Assembly (NCBI GenBank): GCA_947649575.1 | Contig: CANSRZ010000002.1 | Span: forward strand, 68,049-132,048 | Origin: an uncultured Clostridia bacterium | Lineage (GTDB): Bacteria; Bacillota; Clostridia; Christensenellales; UBA1242 | Length of the DNA: 64,000 nt | Reading direction: 5' to 3' | In this document: in pieces, positions 55,620 through 63,870 of the stretch | Numbering within the stretch: position 1 is the first letter of the stretch | Layout: each line of letters begins with the position of its first letter | The notes under the pieces: generated by a model | What the model was told of the DNA's origin: nothing | Seen by the model: the letters and a program-made list of their open reading frames with translations, nothing else | Database searches by the model: none | Position numbers and translations under genes: made by a program

Positions 55620-56747
55620 TCACACTTTTAGGTTTAAGGTTGCAACTACGCTTTCAACAGCTTCTTTTGCCTTTGCAATTGAAAAGTGTGTGTACGTGTT
55701 GTTTGTTATATTTATATTAGAGTGCCCCATCATTTTACTTCTTGTAGATAAGTCTATGCCTGTTTCAAAGCAAAGTTGGTTAAAATTATGTCTTAAGTCA
55801 TGGAATCTCATATTTATACCAAATTCAGATTTTATAAAATCATGAAATTTGTGTGTAAGATAAGATGGGGTTATGTTTCCTTGAAATATATTATCGCACA
55901 CGACATTGCTATTCAGGTTTTTATTAAGTTCCCTATGTGCTATCAGTTCTTGCTTTAAAAATTCAGGCATAACGAGTCTTCGTTTACTTGTTTTTGTTTT
56001 TAGTCGATTTTTGAATTGTGTTTTGCCATTTTCTTCATAGGCAGAATGTGTCAAGTATATAAGGTTATTGTTAAAGTCAATATCATCCCACGTTAAAGCT
56101 AATACTTCTCCTCGTCTTGGATCCATTAAAAGAGAAATAAGTGTAGGTATATAAAGATTATAACAATCTCTCTTTAAAGCGAATAAGATTTCTGATAATT
56201 GATCTGTTGAAAGTATTGTAGGCTCAAACTCAACATCGTCTTCCATATATTCTATTTTTTTAATTCTGTTGTATTCAAGGATGTCTTGAGATACAGCCCA
56301 ATTTAACACAGTGTTTAAAACTTTTACATATTCCTGGACAGTTCCCTTTTTTAATCGTTGTCCTTTCTTATGTGGATTATCAAGTTGCTCTAGTTGGTTA
56401 ACCCAATCTTGTGTATTTCTAGTGTTTATATTTTTGGCTCTAACATTGCCCCAGTAAGCAAGGACTTTATTTGAATATGATTCTTTATGTTTTTTAGTTG
56501 TTGGCGAAAATTTCTTTGATTTGGCATCCATATAAAGTTTATATAATTCGCCAAAAGTATAATCAGAATGTTGATTTATTCCTTGCTCAAATTCTTCTTC
56601 AAAAGTGTTGGCAAAAATCTTTGCCGCTGCTATAGTTGGGATGTTAGATTTCTGTTTAGTCTTTCTTTTGCCAAATTCATCAAAGTCACTCCATGTTCGC
56701 ACTTTGTATTTACCATTTGGCAACTTTTCTATTGTTGATGATGGCAT
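55620..56747 (-). CDS. int: Prophage tyrosine integrase
   Basis: 375 aa. N-terminal KLPNGKYKVR arm-binding type, RRGEVLAL, RFHDLRHNF, MGHSNINITNNTYTH. Confidence 0.92.
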   Translation of the reverse strand: MPSSTIEKLPNGKYKVRTWSDFDEFGKRKTKQKSNIPTIAAAKIFANTFEEEFEQGINQHSDYTFGELYKLYMDAKSKKFSPTTKKHKESYSNKVLAYWGNVRAKNINTRNTQDWVNQLEQLDNPHKKGQRLKKGTVQEYVKVLNTVLNWAVSQDILEYNRIKKIEYMEDDVEFEPTILSTDQLSEILFALKRDCYNLYIPTLISLLMDPRRGEVLALTWDDIDFNNNLIYLTHSAYEENGKTQFKNRLKTKTSKRRLVMPEFLKQELIAHRELNKNLNSNVVCDNIFQGNITPSYLTHKFHDFIKSEFGINMRFHDLRHNFNQLCFETGIDLSTRSKMMGHSNINITNNTYTHFSIAKAKEAVESVVATLNLKV

Positions 56748-56757
56748 GATCTACTCC

Positions 56758-57174
56758 TTACATAACATCTTTTAGAGATTTTATTTTTATTTTATAATAT
56801 TTTTTACGAGTTGTTTTAATTTGAATATCTATTGAATCTTCTTTTTTAATGTGTGGGCATTTAAAACTTACAACAATACTTTCATAGCTATTGAGATATT
56901 TATAAGTATATATGTGTTGGTGTAACTCGCGATTTAGTAAAACACTTTGATTATTAATATAAATATCATTTATAGTTATAGGTTTATCGCTTAAGTTAGA
57001 TATTTGTGCCACAATTGAATAAATACTACTTTCTAAATTTACATCAACTCTAATAATTTCAAATTGTATTTTATTTTTAAAAATGTTAATCAATAGAGCA
57101 ATAAATGGTGGAAATGCAAAGATTATGGTGCAAGTCAATGAAATTGTTGAAATTATATCAGCAGTAGACATCAC
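56758..57174 (-). CDS. Lysogeny-module membrane-anchored protein (possible superinfection exclusion)
   Basis: 138 aa. One N-terminal TM helix. ATGA overlap with the repressor gene stop. Confidence 0.6.
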   Translation of the reverse strand: MMSTADIISTISLTCTIIFAFPPFIALLINIFKNKIQFEIIRVDVNLESSIYSIVAQISNLSDKPITINDIYINNQSVLLNRELHQHIYTYKYLNSYESIVVSFKCPHIKKEDSIDIQIKTTRKKYYKIKIKSLKDVM

Positions 57175-57779
57175 AAACTCCTCCTAATTTCAACTGCAAC
57201 ACCTATAATGCGGACAGGTGTGTCGATTATCTGTTGGTTTGTATAGAATGCAGGTTTAAAATCGCTATAAGGGTTTTCTGGTAATATCCAAATGCCATTG
57301 GGCTCTTTTTTTATGCGCTTCAAAGTTGCATCAAAGCCGTTTATCATAACAACACAAATTTTACCACTATCAGCATCATCTTGCTGTTTGACAATTACTA
57401 CATCGCCATCATTAATAATAGGATGCATACTAACGCCTTTAACCTTAAGTGCAAAGTATTCTCCACGACTTGCCATATCTTCTGATATTTCCTCATAGTC
57501 GAGTATATCTTCAATCGCCTCAATAGGTATGCCAGCTGGAATAACACCAAGAACAGGTATTTTAATGCCTTTTTGCTTTTGTATATTGCCATTATATAAA
57601 GATGCTGGTTCTATATTTATAGCTTTGCAAATGTTCTCCAATGTGACTGAAGAAACATTCTTCTCTCCACTTATAATCTTATACACATGTTGTCTTGAAA
57701 TGCCTGCTCTTTCTGCAACCCTTGAAATAGGCATTTTACTTTCCGCAATTGCTTTTGCGAGTAGTTTGTTGATACTCAT
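57171..57779 (-). CDS. CI/LexA-like repressor (XRE HTH + S24 peptidase)
   Basis: 202 aa. HTH ..SRVAERAGISRQHVYKIISGE.., catalytic GVSM (Ser) and ATLKR (Lys). Confidence 0.9.
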   Translation of the reverse strand: MSINKLLAKAIAESKMPISRVAERAGISRQHVYKIISGEKNVSSVTLENICKAINIEPASLYNGNIQKQKGIKIPVLGVIPAGIPIEAIEDILDYEEISEDMASRGEYFALKVKGVSMHPIINDGDVVIVKQQDDADSGKICVVMINGFDATLKRIKKEPNGIWILPENPYSDFKPAFYTNQQIIDTPVRIIGVAVEIRRSL

Positions 57780-57920
57780 TTCCCACCTCTGTCAATTAAA
57801 GTTTACATTATAAATAAAAATTTTTCAATATTTTTTTTAAAAATATGTAATTTTTAGTTGACAAATAATTTTTTGTATGGTAATCTAAAAGCGACAATAA
57901 AAGGAAAGGAGGTGAAAAGT

Positions 57921-58100
57921 TTGGTTTACAACAAATCTGAAATAGCCAGAAAAACAGGACTTTCAAGGGTGGCAGTCACAAATATCTTGAATGGTAAACA
58001 AAAAAATCCAAAGTTAGATACTTTGGAAAGACTAGCTGAAACAATGGATTGCAGTATTGATGAATTAAAAACCAAAATCAAAACTGACGCAGTGTCTTAA
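57921..58100 (+). CDS. Cro-like XRE-family HTH protein
   Basis: About 59 aa from TTG 57921 (GGAGGTG 6-8 nt upstream). The ORF-track start at 57858 is the TTG of a TTGACA -35 box. SEIARKTGLSRVAVTNILNGKQ. Confidence 0.75.
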   Translation: MVYNKSEIARKTGLSRVAVTNILNGKQKNPKLDTLERLAETMDCSIDELKTKIKTDAVS

Positions 58101-58112
58101 AAGGAGGGGAGA

Positions 58113-58265
58113 ATGAAAGATTATACTATATCAAAAAAAGAATTAAAAGATGCTTTAATTGAACTAGATTATTCAGAATTAAAAGGGTTAGCTTTAGAAC
58201 ATACAAAATCGTTAGTCAAACTAATATTAGAAAAATCAGAATTTTACACCTTTTTGTTCAAGTAG
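58113..58265 (+). CDS. Small phage ORF (50 aa)
   Basis: AAGGAGGGGAGA-ATG. MKDYTISKKELKDALIELDY... Its 3' end overlaps the convergent 211-aa gene. Confidence 0.4.
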   Translation: MKDYTISKKELKDALIELDYSELKGLALEHTKSLVKLILEKSEFYTFLFK

Positions 58266-58871
58266 TTTTTTGGTTTTGTAGGAAGAATATTTTGCTGTAA
58301 ATAAAGTAATAAGATGCTCAACAGAAGCAATCATTTCATCAAGAGTAAATTCACTATCCCTTGCAGGGTGAACTTCATCATTGCGAATGAATTTTGAAAA
58401 TGTCAATTGAACTACAGCATCATCAAAATCTTTTAGTAATTTAATATTTTTACTAAAACTGTAAGTTGGAGTTTCTCCTTGAACTTTTACTAAATAATCA
58501 TACACTAATTGTTCAATTGCTTTACTTAATCCTATTCCAATTAAATTATTTAAACCAAAATTTGAAGCTTGATAGGTTTGTTGATATATTTCACAAAACT
58601 TGGGTGACAGTTCTTCAATCAATGGCGGTAATAAGATTTTTTCAGTAGAGGGAATTAAGTTTCTATAATAACCCGCTTGTTCTTCCTTACAAATAAGTGA
58701 ATATTCGTGGCAGCGAGGACATTCAACAAGAAAATTTAATCGATGATGGCTAAGTTTACCATATTGAATAGTAAACTCTACATCATGATTGCAATGAGGA
58801 CAAAGAGAAAGAAAATTTTCTTCGTAATATCTCTTAGTTTCATTAAATTCAGTGACATATTCTAGTTTCAT
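58236..58871 (-). CDS. Zn-ribbon + DUF4145-like domain protein with HEPN-type Rx4H motif (prophage moron, candidate Abi/exclusion effector)
   Basis: 211 aa. CPHCNH...(21 aa)...CPRCHE ribbon. C-terminal helical domain LSKAIEQLVYDYL...FIRNDEVHPARD. Transcribed opposite to all surrounding early genes. Confidence 0.7.
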   Translation of the reverse strand: MKLEYVTEFNETKRYYEENFLSLCPHCNHDVEFTIQYGKLSHHRLNFLVECPRCHEYSLICKEEQAGYYRNLIPSTEKILLPPLIEELSPKFCEIYQQTYQASNFGLNNLIGIGLSKAIEQLVYDYLVKVQGETPTYSFSKNIKLLKDFDDAVVQLTFSKFIRNDEVHPARDSEFTLDEMIASVEHLITLFTAKYSSYKTKKLLEQKGVKF

Positions 58872-58935
58872 TTATGACTCCTTTTCTAAGGAGTATAGCA
58901 AAACAAAATTAAAAAGTCAACAAGGAGATGAAATT

Positions 58936-59100
58936 ATGATACTCATAAATCACGGCTATATAGAAGAATACAACAGACGCATGTATTTAGAAGAAAACCC
59001 AGGTATAGAATCACTGTTTAAAAGCTTTGAGCCAAAACAACAAAAGGAGGTTAATAATGAGTCAAGAACAAGAAGAAGTTTTAAGAAAAGCGCGACATGA
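58936..59100 (+). CDS. Small phage ORF (54 aa, weak)
   Basis: GGAG RBS 8 nt upstream. Overlaps the next gene by 44 nt. Confidence 0.3.
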   Translation: MILINHGYIEEYNRRMYLEENPGIESLFKSFEPKQQKEVNNESRTRRSFKKSAT

Positions 59101-59299
59101 AATAGGTTTGTATTCAATAGTTGAACTTGCAACAATGTTTGATTGTGGCAGGCAAAGTATTGATAATGCTATCAATACAGGGCAACTCAAATATATTTCC
59201 CCAAACAACAAAACCAGGTATGTGTTTGTAAGCGATTTCTTAAAATATTCACAAAAAAAGACAATGCTGCGCCTGGAAACGAAAGCATTGCCTAAGTAA
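59057..59299 (+). CDS. Phage HTH DNA-binding protein (excisionase/MerR-like)
   Basis: 80 aa from ATG 59057 (AAAGGAGG upstream). ..YSIVELATMFDCGRQSIDNAINTGQLKY.. Confidence 0.6.
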   Translation: MSQEQEEVLRKARHEIGLYSIVELATMFDCGRQSIDNAINTGQLKYISPNNKTRYVFVSDFLKYSQKKTMLRLETKALPK

Positions 59300-59373
59300 G
59301 ATGCATAGGAAAAACATCTTACTTTAATTGTAACATAAAAAATTTAAAAAATCAATTAAAGGAGACAAATTTT

Positions 59374-59529
59374 ATGAAAAGAATTTTTATTTTAAAAGGC
59401 AAGGCAAGTGAGGTTTTGCATGAGTTGCACCAATACAAGCAACATTGCCTTAAGTATGACTTAGAGCCAACTATGACTAACTTTATAGAGTTACAAAGGC
59501 GTAGTGCTGCGGAGGTGCCAAATGGCTAA
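59374..59529 (+). CDS. Small phage ORF (51 aa)
   Basis: AAAGGAG RBS. The stop overlaps the next start. Confidence 0.4.
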   Translation: MKRIFILKGKASEVLHELHQYKQHCLKYDLEPTMTNFIELQRRSAAEVPNG

Positions 59530-60025
59530 GTTATATCAACTTGCTGATGATTTGGAAACAGCGTTCAAGCTTATGACAGAAAGTGTTGACGAAGAAACAG
59601 GTGAAGTTAACCCTGATGCATTGGCACTTTTAAATGAATGTAAGGAAGATTTTGACACAAAGATTGCAGGGCTTGTAGAGTTTATCAAAAGGCTTACTGC
59701 AGATTATGAGGCTTACGATAAGGAAGAAGAGAGGCTTTATAAAAACAAAAAAGCAATTGGCAATAAGATTGACTGGCTAAAGACTTATGTTAAAGAATGT
59801 ATGCTTAGAGCAAATAAAGATAAAGTCGAAACAACAAGCTGTAAGGTAAGTCTTGGCTCATCACATGCTGTAAACATACTTGAAATAGACCAAGTTCCAG
59901 CAGAGTTTAAGATGGTTGAAGAAAATGTTAAAGTTGATAAAAAGGCACTTGCAGAGGCCTTTAAAAACGGACAAATTATTGCTGGTGCAGAGTATGTAAC
60001 GAATACTACTGTGCGAATTAGATAG
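59522..60025 (+). CDS. Siphovirus Gp157-like protein
   Basis: 167 aa from ATG 59522 (GGAGGTG upstream). MAKLYQLADDLETAFKLM... The family call rests on its position before the SSAP gene. Confidence 0.65.
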   Translation: MAKLYQLADDLETAFKLMTESVDEETGEVNPDALALLNECKEDFDTKIAGLVEFIKRLTADYEAYDKEEERLYKNKKAIGNKIDWLKTYVKECMLRANKDKVETTSCKVSLGSSHAVNILEIDQVPAEFKMVEENVKVDKKALAEAFKNGQIIAGAEYVTNTTVRIR

Positions 60026-60034
60026 GAGGTTAAG

Positions 60035-60748
60035 ATGGAAGAAATAAGACTATTAAGACCTGAAGATATTGATGTAAAAGTTAAAAAAGTTATTGATGGC
60101 AAAGTGTTGCTCTTATTGTATAAAACATCACGAGTTGACATGGCAATCTTGGATGAAGTGTTTGGGGTTGAAAACTGGTGTGATGATTACAAAGAGGTTA
60201 AAGGTAATCTATACTGTGGTATAGGTGTTCGCACTGAGAAAACAGAAGACTTTGTTTGGAAATGGGATTGCGGCATTGAAAGCAAAGAAGATGAGGGCAA
60301 CCAAAAGAAAGGTGAGGCAAGTGATGCTTTCAAAAGAGCTGGTTTTAAACTTGGTATTGGCAGAGAGTTATATACCGCGCCAGTAATATGGGTAGATGCG
60401 GAAACAGTTTCAGATGGAAAAATGTTCAAGTTGAAAGATAGATATGCGAGTTATTCAGTAAATGAAATTGAATATAGCACTAATCGCGCAATCTCAAAAT
60501 TGGTTATCGTAGACAAACATGGCAATCAAGTTTATCCAAAAACAATGGGCAACAAGCAACCTGCTGAGCCGCCAAAGTCACCAGAAAAGATTATATGTGA
60601 ACGCTGCAGAAAAGAAATTGTAGGGCGTTCAGTAAACGGCTCATTTAGAACACCAGAGCAAATTAAAGAGAGTTGCAAAGGTTTATGCTTAGAGTGCTAT
60701 AAAGAAGAAACTAAACTATTGCCAAATAACGAAGTGGAGGTTAAATAA
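60035..60748 (+). CDS. Rad52/Sak-type single-strand annealing protein with C-terminal Zn-ribbon
   Basis: 237 aa. ..NLYCGIGV...GEASDAFKRAGFKLGIGRELY.. The tail carries CERCRKE...CLECYKE. Confidence 0.75.
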   Translation: MEEIRLLRPEDIDVKVKKVIDGKVLLLLYKTSRVDMAILDEVFGVENWCDDYKEVKGNLYCGIGVRTEKTEDFVWKWDCGIESKEDEGNQKKGEASDAFKRAGFKLGIGRELYTAPVIWVDAETVSDGKMFKLKDRYASYSVNEIEYSTNRAISKLVIVDKHGNQVYPKTMGNKQPAEPPKSPEKIICERCRKEIVGRSVNGSFRTPEQIKESCKGLCLECYKEETKLLPNNEVEVK

Positions 60749-61140
60749 TGAATAAGGTTATTTTACAAGGAAATGTTACAAAAGATGTTGAGCTCATAAC
60801 AACGCAAGCAGGCAAATTTATTGCAAATTTCAGCCTTGCAGTTAGAAGAAAATATGGCGATAAAGATGGTAATGAAATTACTGATTTTCATAATTGTGTT
60901 GCCTTTAACAAGACTGCAGAAATACTAAACAAATATGTAAAGAAAGGGCACAAGTTGCTTGTGTCAGGCGAACTTGTTTATGATACTTACGAAGATAAAA
61001 CAGGAGCAAAAAAGACTATTGCTAAAATTATGGTTGATGAGGTTGATTTAATCAATCCTAAGCCAGCTGAAACAGCAAATACAAAAGTTGCACCGCACCC
61101 AGAATTGACAGAGGTTATTGACCCTGACTTGCCATTCTAG
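60748..61140 (+). CDS. ssb: Single-stranded DNA-binding protein
   Basis: 130 aa. MNKVILQGNVTKDVEL OB fold. Acidic tip ..IDPDLPF. Confidence 0.9.
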   Translation: MNKVILQGNVTKDVELITTQAGKFIANFSLAVRRKYGDKDGNEITDFHNCVAFNKTAEILNKYVKKGHKLLVSGELVYDTYEDKTGAKKTIAKIMVDEVDLINPKPAETANTKVAPHPELTEVIDPDLPF

Positions 61141-61148
61141 GAGGCTAT

Positions 61149-61724
61149 ATGATAGCAAAAATACGGGTTGGGAACCCAACATACTCACAAAACTTAAAGG
61201 GTGAGGGTTTCCTTACTTTTTCTATAACCTCAGCACAAAATTGGTTGGCAAAACAAATTTGTGAAGAATTAGAAAATAATCAAAAAGAACTTAAGATTTC
61301 CTTAGCATATGCCACAAAGAAACGCTCTTTGAGCCAAAATGACTTGCTATGGGGATTGCTCACAGAAGAGGCTAAATTCCTAGCTGGAGGGCGTAAAAAT
61401 GGCGAAGCCCAGTGCACTGCTGAAACACTCTATTATGACGCTATAAACAAGTATGGAACTGATACAATGCTGAGCATAAAAGAGTGTGCCGTGCAAGCAC
61501 TTAAGCGGGTATATAAGCGAGTATTCATTATTGATAGATTCATCCGAGATGATGAAGTTTGGGTTAATTGTAAATGCGTAATTGGAAGTTCGAATTATGA
61601 CATAAAAGAAATGACCAACCTTATTGAGGGGGTTTTAGACGACATTGCTAAACTTGGAATTAGCACACAAGAAATTCGATATTTAAGGGAGGAGTTTAAT
61701 GAAATACGAACAAATAAAAAATGA
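61149..61724 (+). CDS. NinB/Orf-like recombination mediator (tentative)
   Basis: 191 aa. KKRSLSQNDLLWGLL resembles lambda Orf ..RNRSLDQNRKLWACL. Confidence 0.5.
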   Translation: MIAKIRVGNPTYSQNLKGEGFLTFSITSAQNWLAKQICEELENNQKELKISLAYATKKRSLSQNDLLWGLLTEEAKFLAGGRKNGEAQCTAETLYYDAINKYGTDTMLSIKECAVQALKRVYKRVFIIDRFIRDDEVWVNCKCVIGSSNYDIKEMTNLIEGVLDDIAKLGISTQEIRYLREEFNEIRTNKK

Positions 61725-62064
61725 GAAGAAACTCACTAAATTGCAGCGTGACAGATTAAATAAAATATATCAAAGAATGAATTTAGGAGTTGCTACAAAA
61801 CAAGAACTTATGAGTCTTATAAATGTCAAAGATGAAAGGATTGTAAGAGACTGTATTTCTTATATTAAAAAGTTCTATCCTGTTATTAGTTTAAGTGGTG
61901 CTAAGGGTTATCGTATTGCTAAAACAATAGATGATTTAGAAGATGCAAAGCACGCAATCAATGCTGAAACTGGACGAGCAAATGATATTGTGGATGGTGT
62001 TGTTGAGCTTAAAAAGTTTGTCATGGAAATGGAGGGAAGAAATGAGAAATCTAATATTTTATAG
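61699..62064 (+). CDS. Phage hypothetical protein
   Basis: 121 aa. GGGAGGAG RBS. Confidence 0.55.
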   Translation: MKYEQIKNEKKLTKLQRDRLNKIYQRMNLGVATKQELMSLINVKDERIVRDCISYIKKFYPVISLSGAKGYRIAKTIDDLEDAKHAINAETGRANDIVDGVVELKKFVMEMEGRNEKSNIL

Positions 62065-62677
62065 CTCCTATTATGAGGCTATAAAAGAACTTCCAGATGA
62101 GGAACAAGGCAAGGTTTATAAAGCAGTTATTGACTATGCTATGGAGCGAATTGAGCCTAATTTAACAGGTGTTTCAAAGGCAATGTTTGTTCTTATTCAA
62201 CCAAGCCTTGATGCATCTAGAAAGAACTATGAAAATGGCACGAAAGGTGGTAGACCTGCTAAGAACAAAACCCAAGTAGAAACCGAAGAGATAACCCAAA
62301 TAGAAACCCAAAGCATAACCCAACATAAAACCCAAACGGAAAGCTATCAGATCTTTGAGAAAGAGAAAGATAATAGAGAAATTATAAAGGAGAATAAAGA
62401 AGAAAAAGAAGAGAAAGAAAAAGAAATCACGCACACTTCTAGATTTGTTCCTCCTACCCTTGAAGAGGTTAAAGCTTATGCAGTTGAAAGGGGAAGTAAT
62501 GTTGACCCTCAAAAGTTCTTTGAATATTTTGAAACAGGCAACTGGACTGATAGCAAAGGCAACAAAGTTAAAAACTGGAAACAAAAATTTATAACTTGGG
62601 AGGGTGAGAGAAGAAATACACCTAAGGAAACAAGTGACACTCAACTCTCAAGAGCGATTAGGAGGTTGACGCAATGA
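62042..62677 (+). CDS. Phage replication-initiation/organizer-like protein containing a tandem 12-bp repeat array
   Basis: 211 aa from ATG 62042 (GGAGGG upstream). N-terminal YSSYYEAIKELPDEEQGKVYKAVIDYA. C-terminal ..FVPPTLEEVKAYA...FFEYFETGNWTDSKGNKVKNWKQKF. The family assignment is from memory only. Confidence 0.6.
   Translation: MRNLIFYSSYYEAIKELPDEEQGKVYKAVIDYAMERIEPNLTGVSKAMFVLIQPSLDASRKNYENGTKGGRPAKNKTQVETEEITQIETQSITQHKTQTESYQIFEKEKDNREIIKENKEEKEEKEKEITHTSRFVPPTLEEVKAYAVERGSNVDPQKFFEYFETGNWTDSKGNKVKNWKQKFITWEGERRNTPKETSDTQLSRAIRRLTQ
62267..62350 (+). repeat. Seven tandem 12-bp units (RAAACCCAARNN): candidate phage ori iterons
   Basis: Units: AAAACCCAAGTA, GAAACCGAAGAG, ATAACCCAAATA, GAAACCCAAAGC, ATAACCCAACAT, AAAACCCAAACG, GAAAGCTATCAG. 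Exact 12-nt register. Confidence 0.8.
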
Positions 62678-63192
62678 AGAAAGATGATTTGTGGAAAATT
62701 TATGCTTTTGCTGGTGCAGTTTGGACGAGTTTTAAATTACCTACTACAGATTTTGAGGCTAGATTGTTTGACGAGGTTTGGTATAGCATTTTGCAGCCAT
62801 ATGATGAGGAGCTTATTTTTACAGCTATACAAGAGTATGCGACTGAAAATGATTTTTGCAACATTGCTAAGATAGGTGCACTTTGCAAGAAATACACAGA
62901 AATTAAAAACGGCACATTTATGGATGAGGATATTGTATTGGAGCATATTTGCAATGCAGTATCATGGGATAAGTGCAAAGAGAATTTTGCTAAACTTAAC
63001 GATTTTGAAAAAGAGATTGTAGGAGGGGCACATATTCTAGCAAGGTGGTCACGAGACGAGTCATTTAATACTGTGATTTTGAGCAACTTGAGAAAGAAAG
63101 TTAGAAGTAAGTTGCAATTACGCTTGCATGAAAATCTTTTAAATCTCAACTACAACAATGTTAAAGTTTTGAACTTTGGAGATGTTAAATGA
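62674..63192 (+). CDS. Phage protein, G39P-like helicase-loader candidate
   Basis: 172 aa. ..WKIYAFAGAVWTSFKLP....FDEVWYSILQPYDEELIFTAIQEYA.. resembles the helicase loader/inhibitor fold family. Inference only. Confidence 0.45.
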   Translation: MKKDDLWKIYAFAGAVWTSFKLPTTDFEARLFDEVWYSILQPYDEELIFTAIQEYATENDFCNIAKIGALCKKYTEIKNGTFMDEDIVLEHICNAVSWDKCKENFAKLNDFEKEIVGGAHILARWSRDESFNTVILSNLRKKVRSKLQLRLHENLLNLNYNNVKVLNFGDVK

Positions 63193-63470
63193 AATCAATA
63201 TTGCAAGAACAAAAAGAATGCTGGTTTTGTGGCAAACAGTTTGACTTGCACTTGCATCACATTTATCCAGGAGCCAATCGAAAGGTTAGTGATAAGAATG
63301 GCTTTGTCGTTTATTTGTGTGCTTATCACCACAATCTTGGTGGGAATGGCAATTGTGTGCATCAATGCAAAAGAATGGACATTGAGCTTAGACGAGCATG
63401 CCAAAAGAAATTTGAAGAAACACATTCAAAACGTGACTTTGTGAAACTTATAGGGAGGAATTATTTATGA
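63189..63470 (+). CDS. Phage Cys/His-rich (HNH-like) small protein
   Basis: 93 aa. CWFCG..LHLHHI...LCAYHHN... Confidence 0.5.
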   Translation: MKSILQEQKECWFCGKQFDLHLHHIYPGANRKVSDKNGFVVYLCAYHHNLGGNGNCVHQCKRMDIELRRACQKKFEETHSKRDFVKLIGRNYL

Positions 63471-63862
63471 GAAAATCAACAAAGTGTTGGAGCTGTTCAA
63501 ATACTTGTGGTGGTTGCAGTTGGACACGAGATTTCAAACCCGTTGAGGGATGGGAGGCTGAGAAGATCAAGATTAAAAATAATTTCTACATTGAGGAAAG
63601 TTATATTGTAACGGATTGCCCACAATACAAACCGCTTTTTAAATTTAGAGAGAGCAAACATTTTAAGTTTGATGATTATTGCAGATTTAAAGAATTTGGC
63701 GAATATTTGAAACTAGATCAAAGAGTGTTTGTGAAAAACTTACTTACAAAAGACATGCAGCAGTTTACAGCGCTTTACAAAAGAAGTGAACGCACACTTG
63801 TAAGACGAATTAGTCAAGTAAGACAAGATTTAAAAACTTTAGAAGAGGCAGAGGCTAGTTAG
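63467..63862 (+). CDS. Phage hypothetical protein with N-terminal Cys cluster
   Basis: 131 aa. CWSCSNTCGGCSW. Confidence 0.5.
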   Translation: MRKSTKCWSCSNTCGGCSWTRDFKPVEGWEAEKIKIKNNFYIEESYIVTDCPQYKPLFKFRESKHFKFDDYCRFKEFGEYLKLDQRVFVKNLLTKDMQQFTALYKRSERTLVRRISQVRQDLKTLEEAEAS

Positions 63863-63870
63863 GAGTGGAA

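Noticed and set aside
55378-55623. 81-aa minus-strand ORF
   Set aside because: It spans a terminator hairpin and the tRNA 3' fragment (att site), and it has no RBS. It is non-coding.
62174-62644. 156-aa antisense ORF inside the phage replication gene
   Set aside because: It is a mirror of the purine-rich, repeat-containing sense strand (poly-Phe/Leu translation). The sense ORF has an RBS and a phage-typical sequence.
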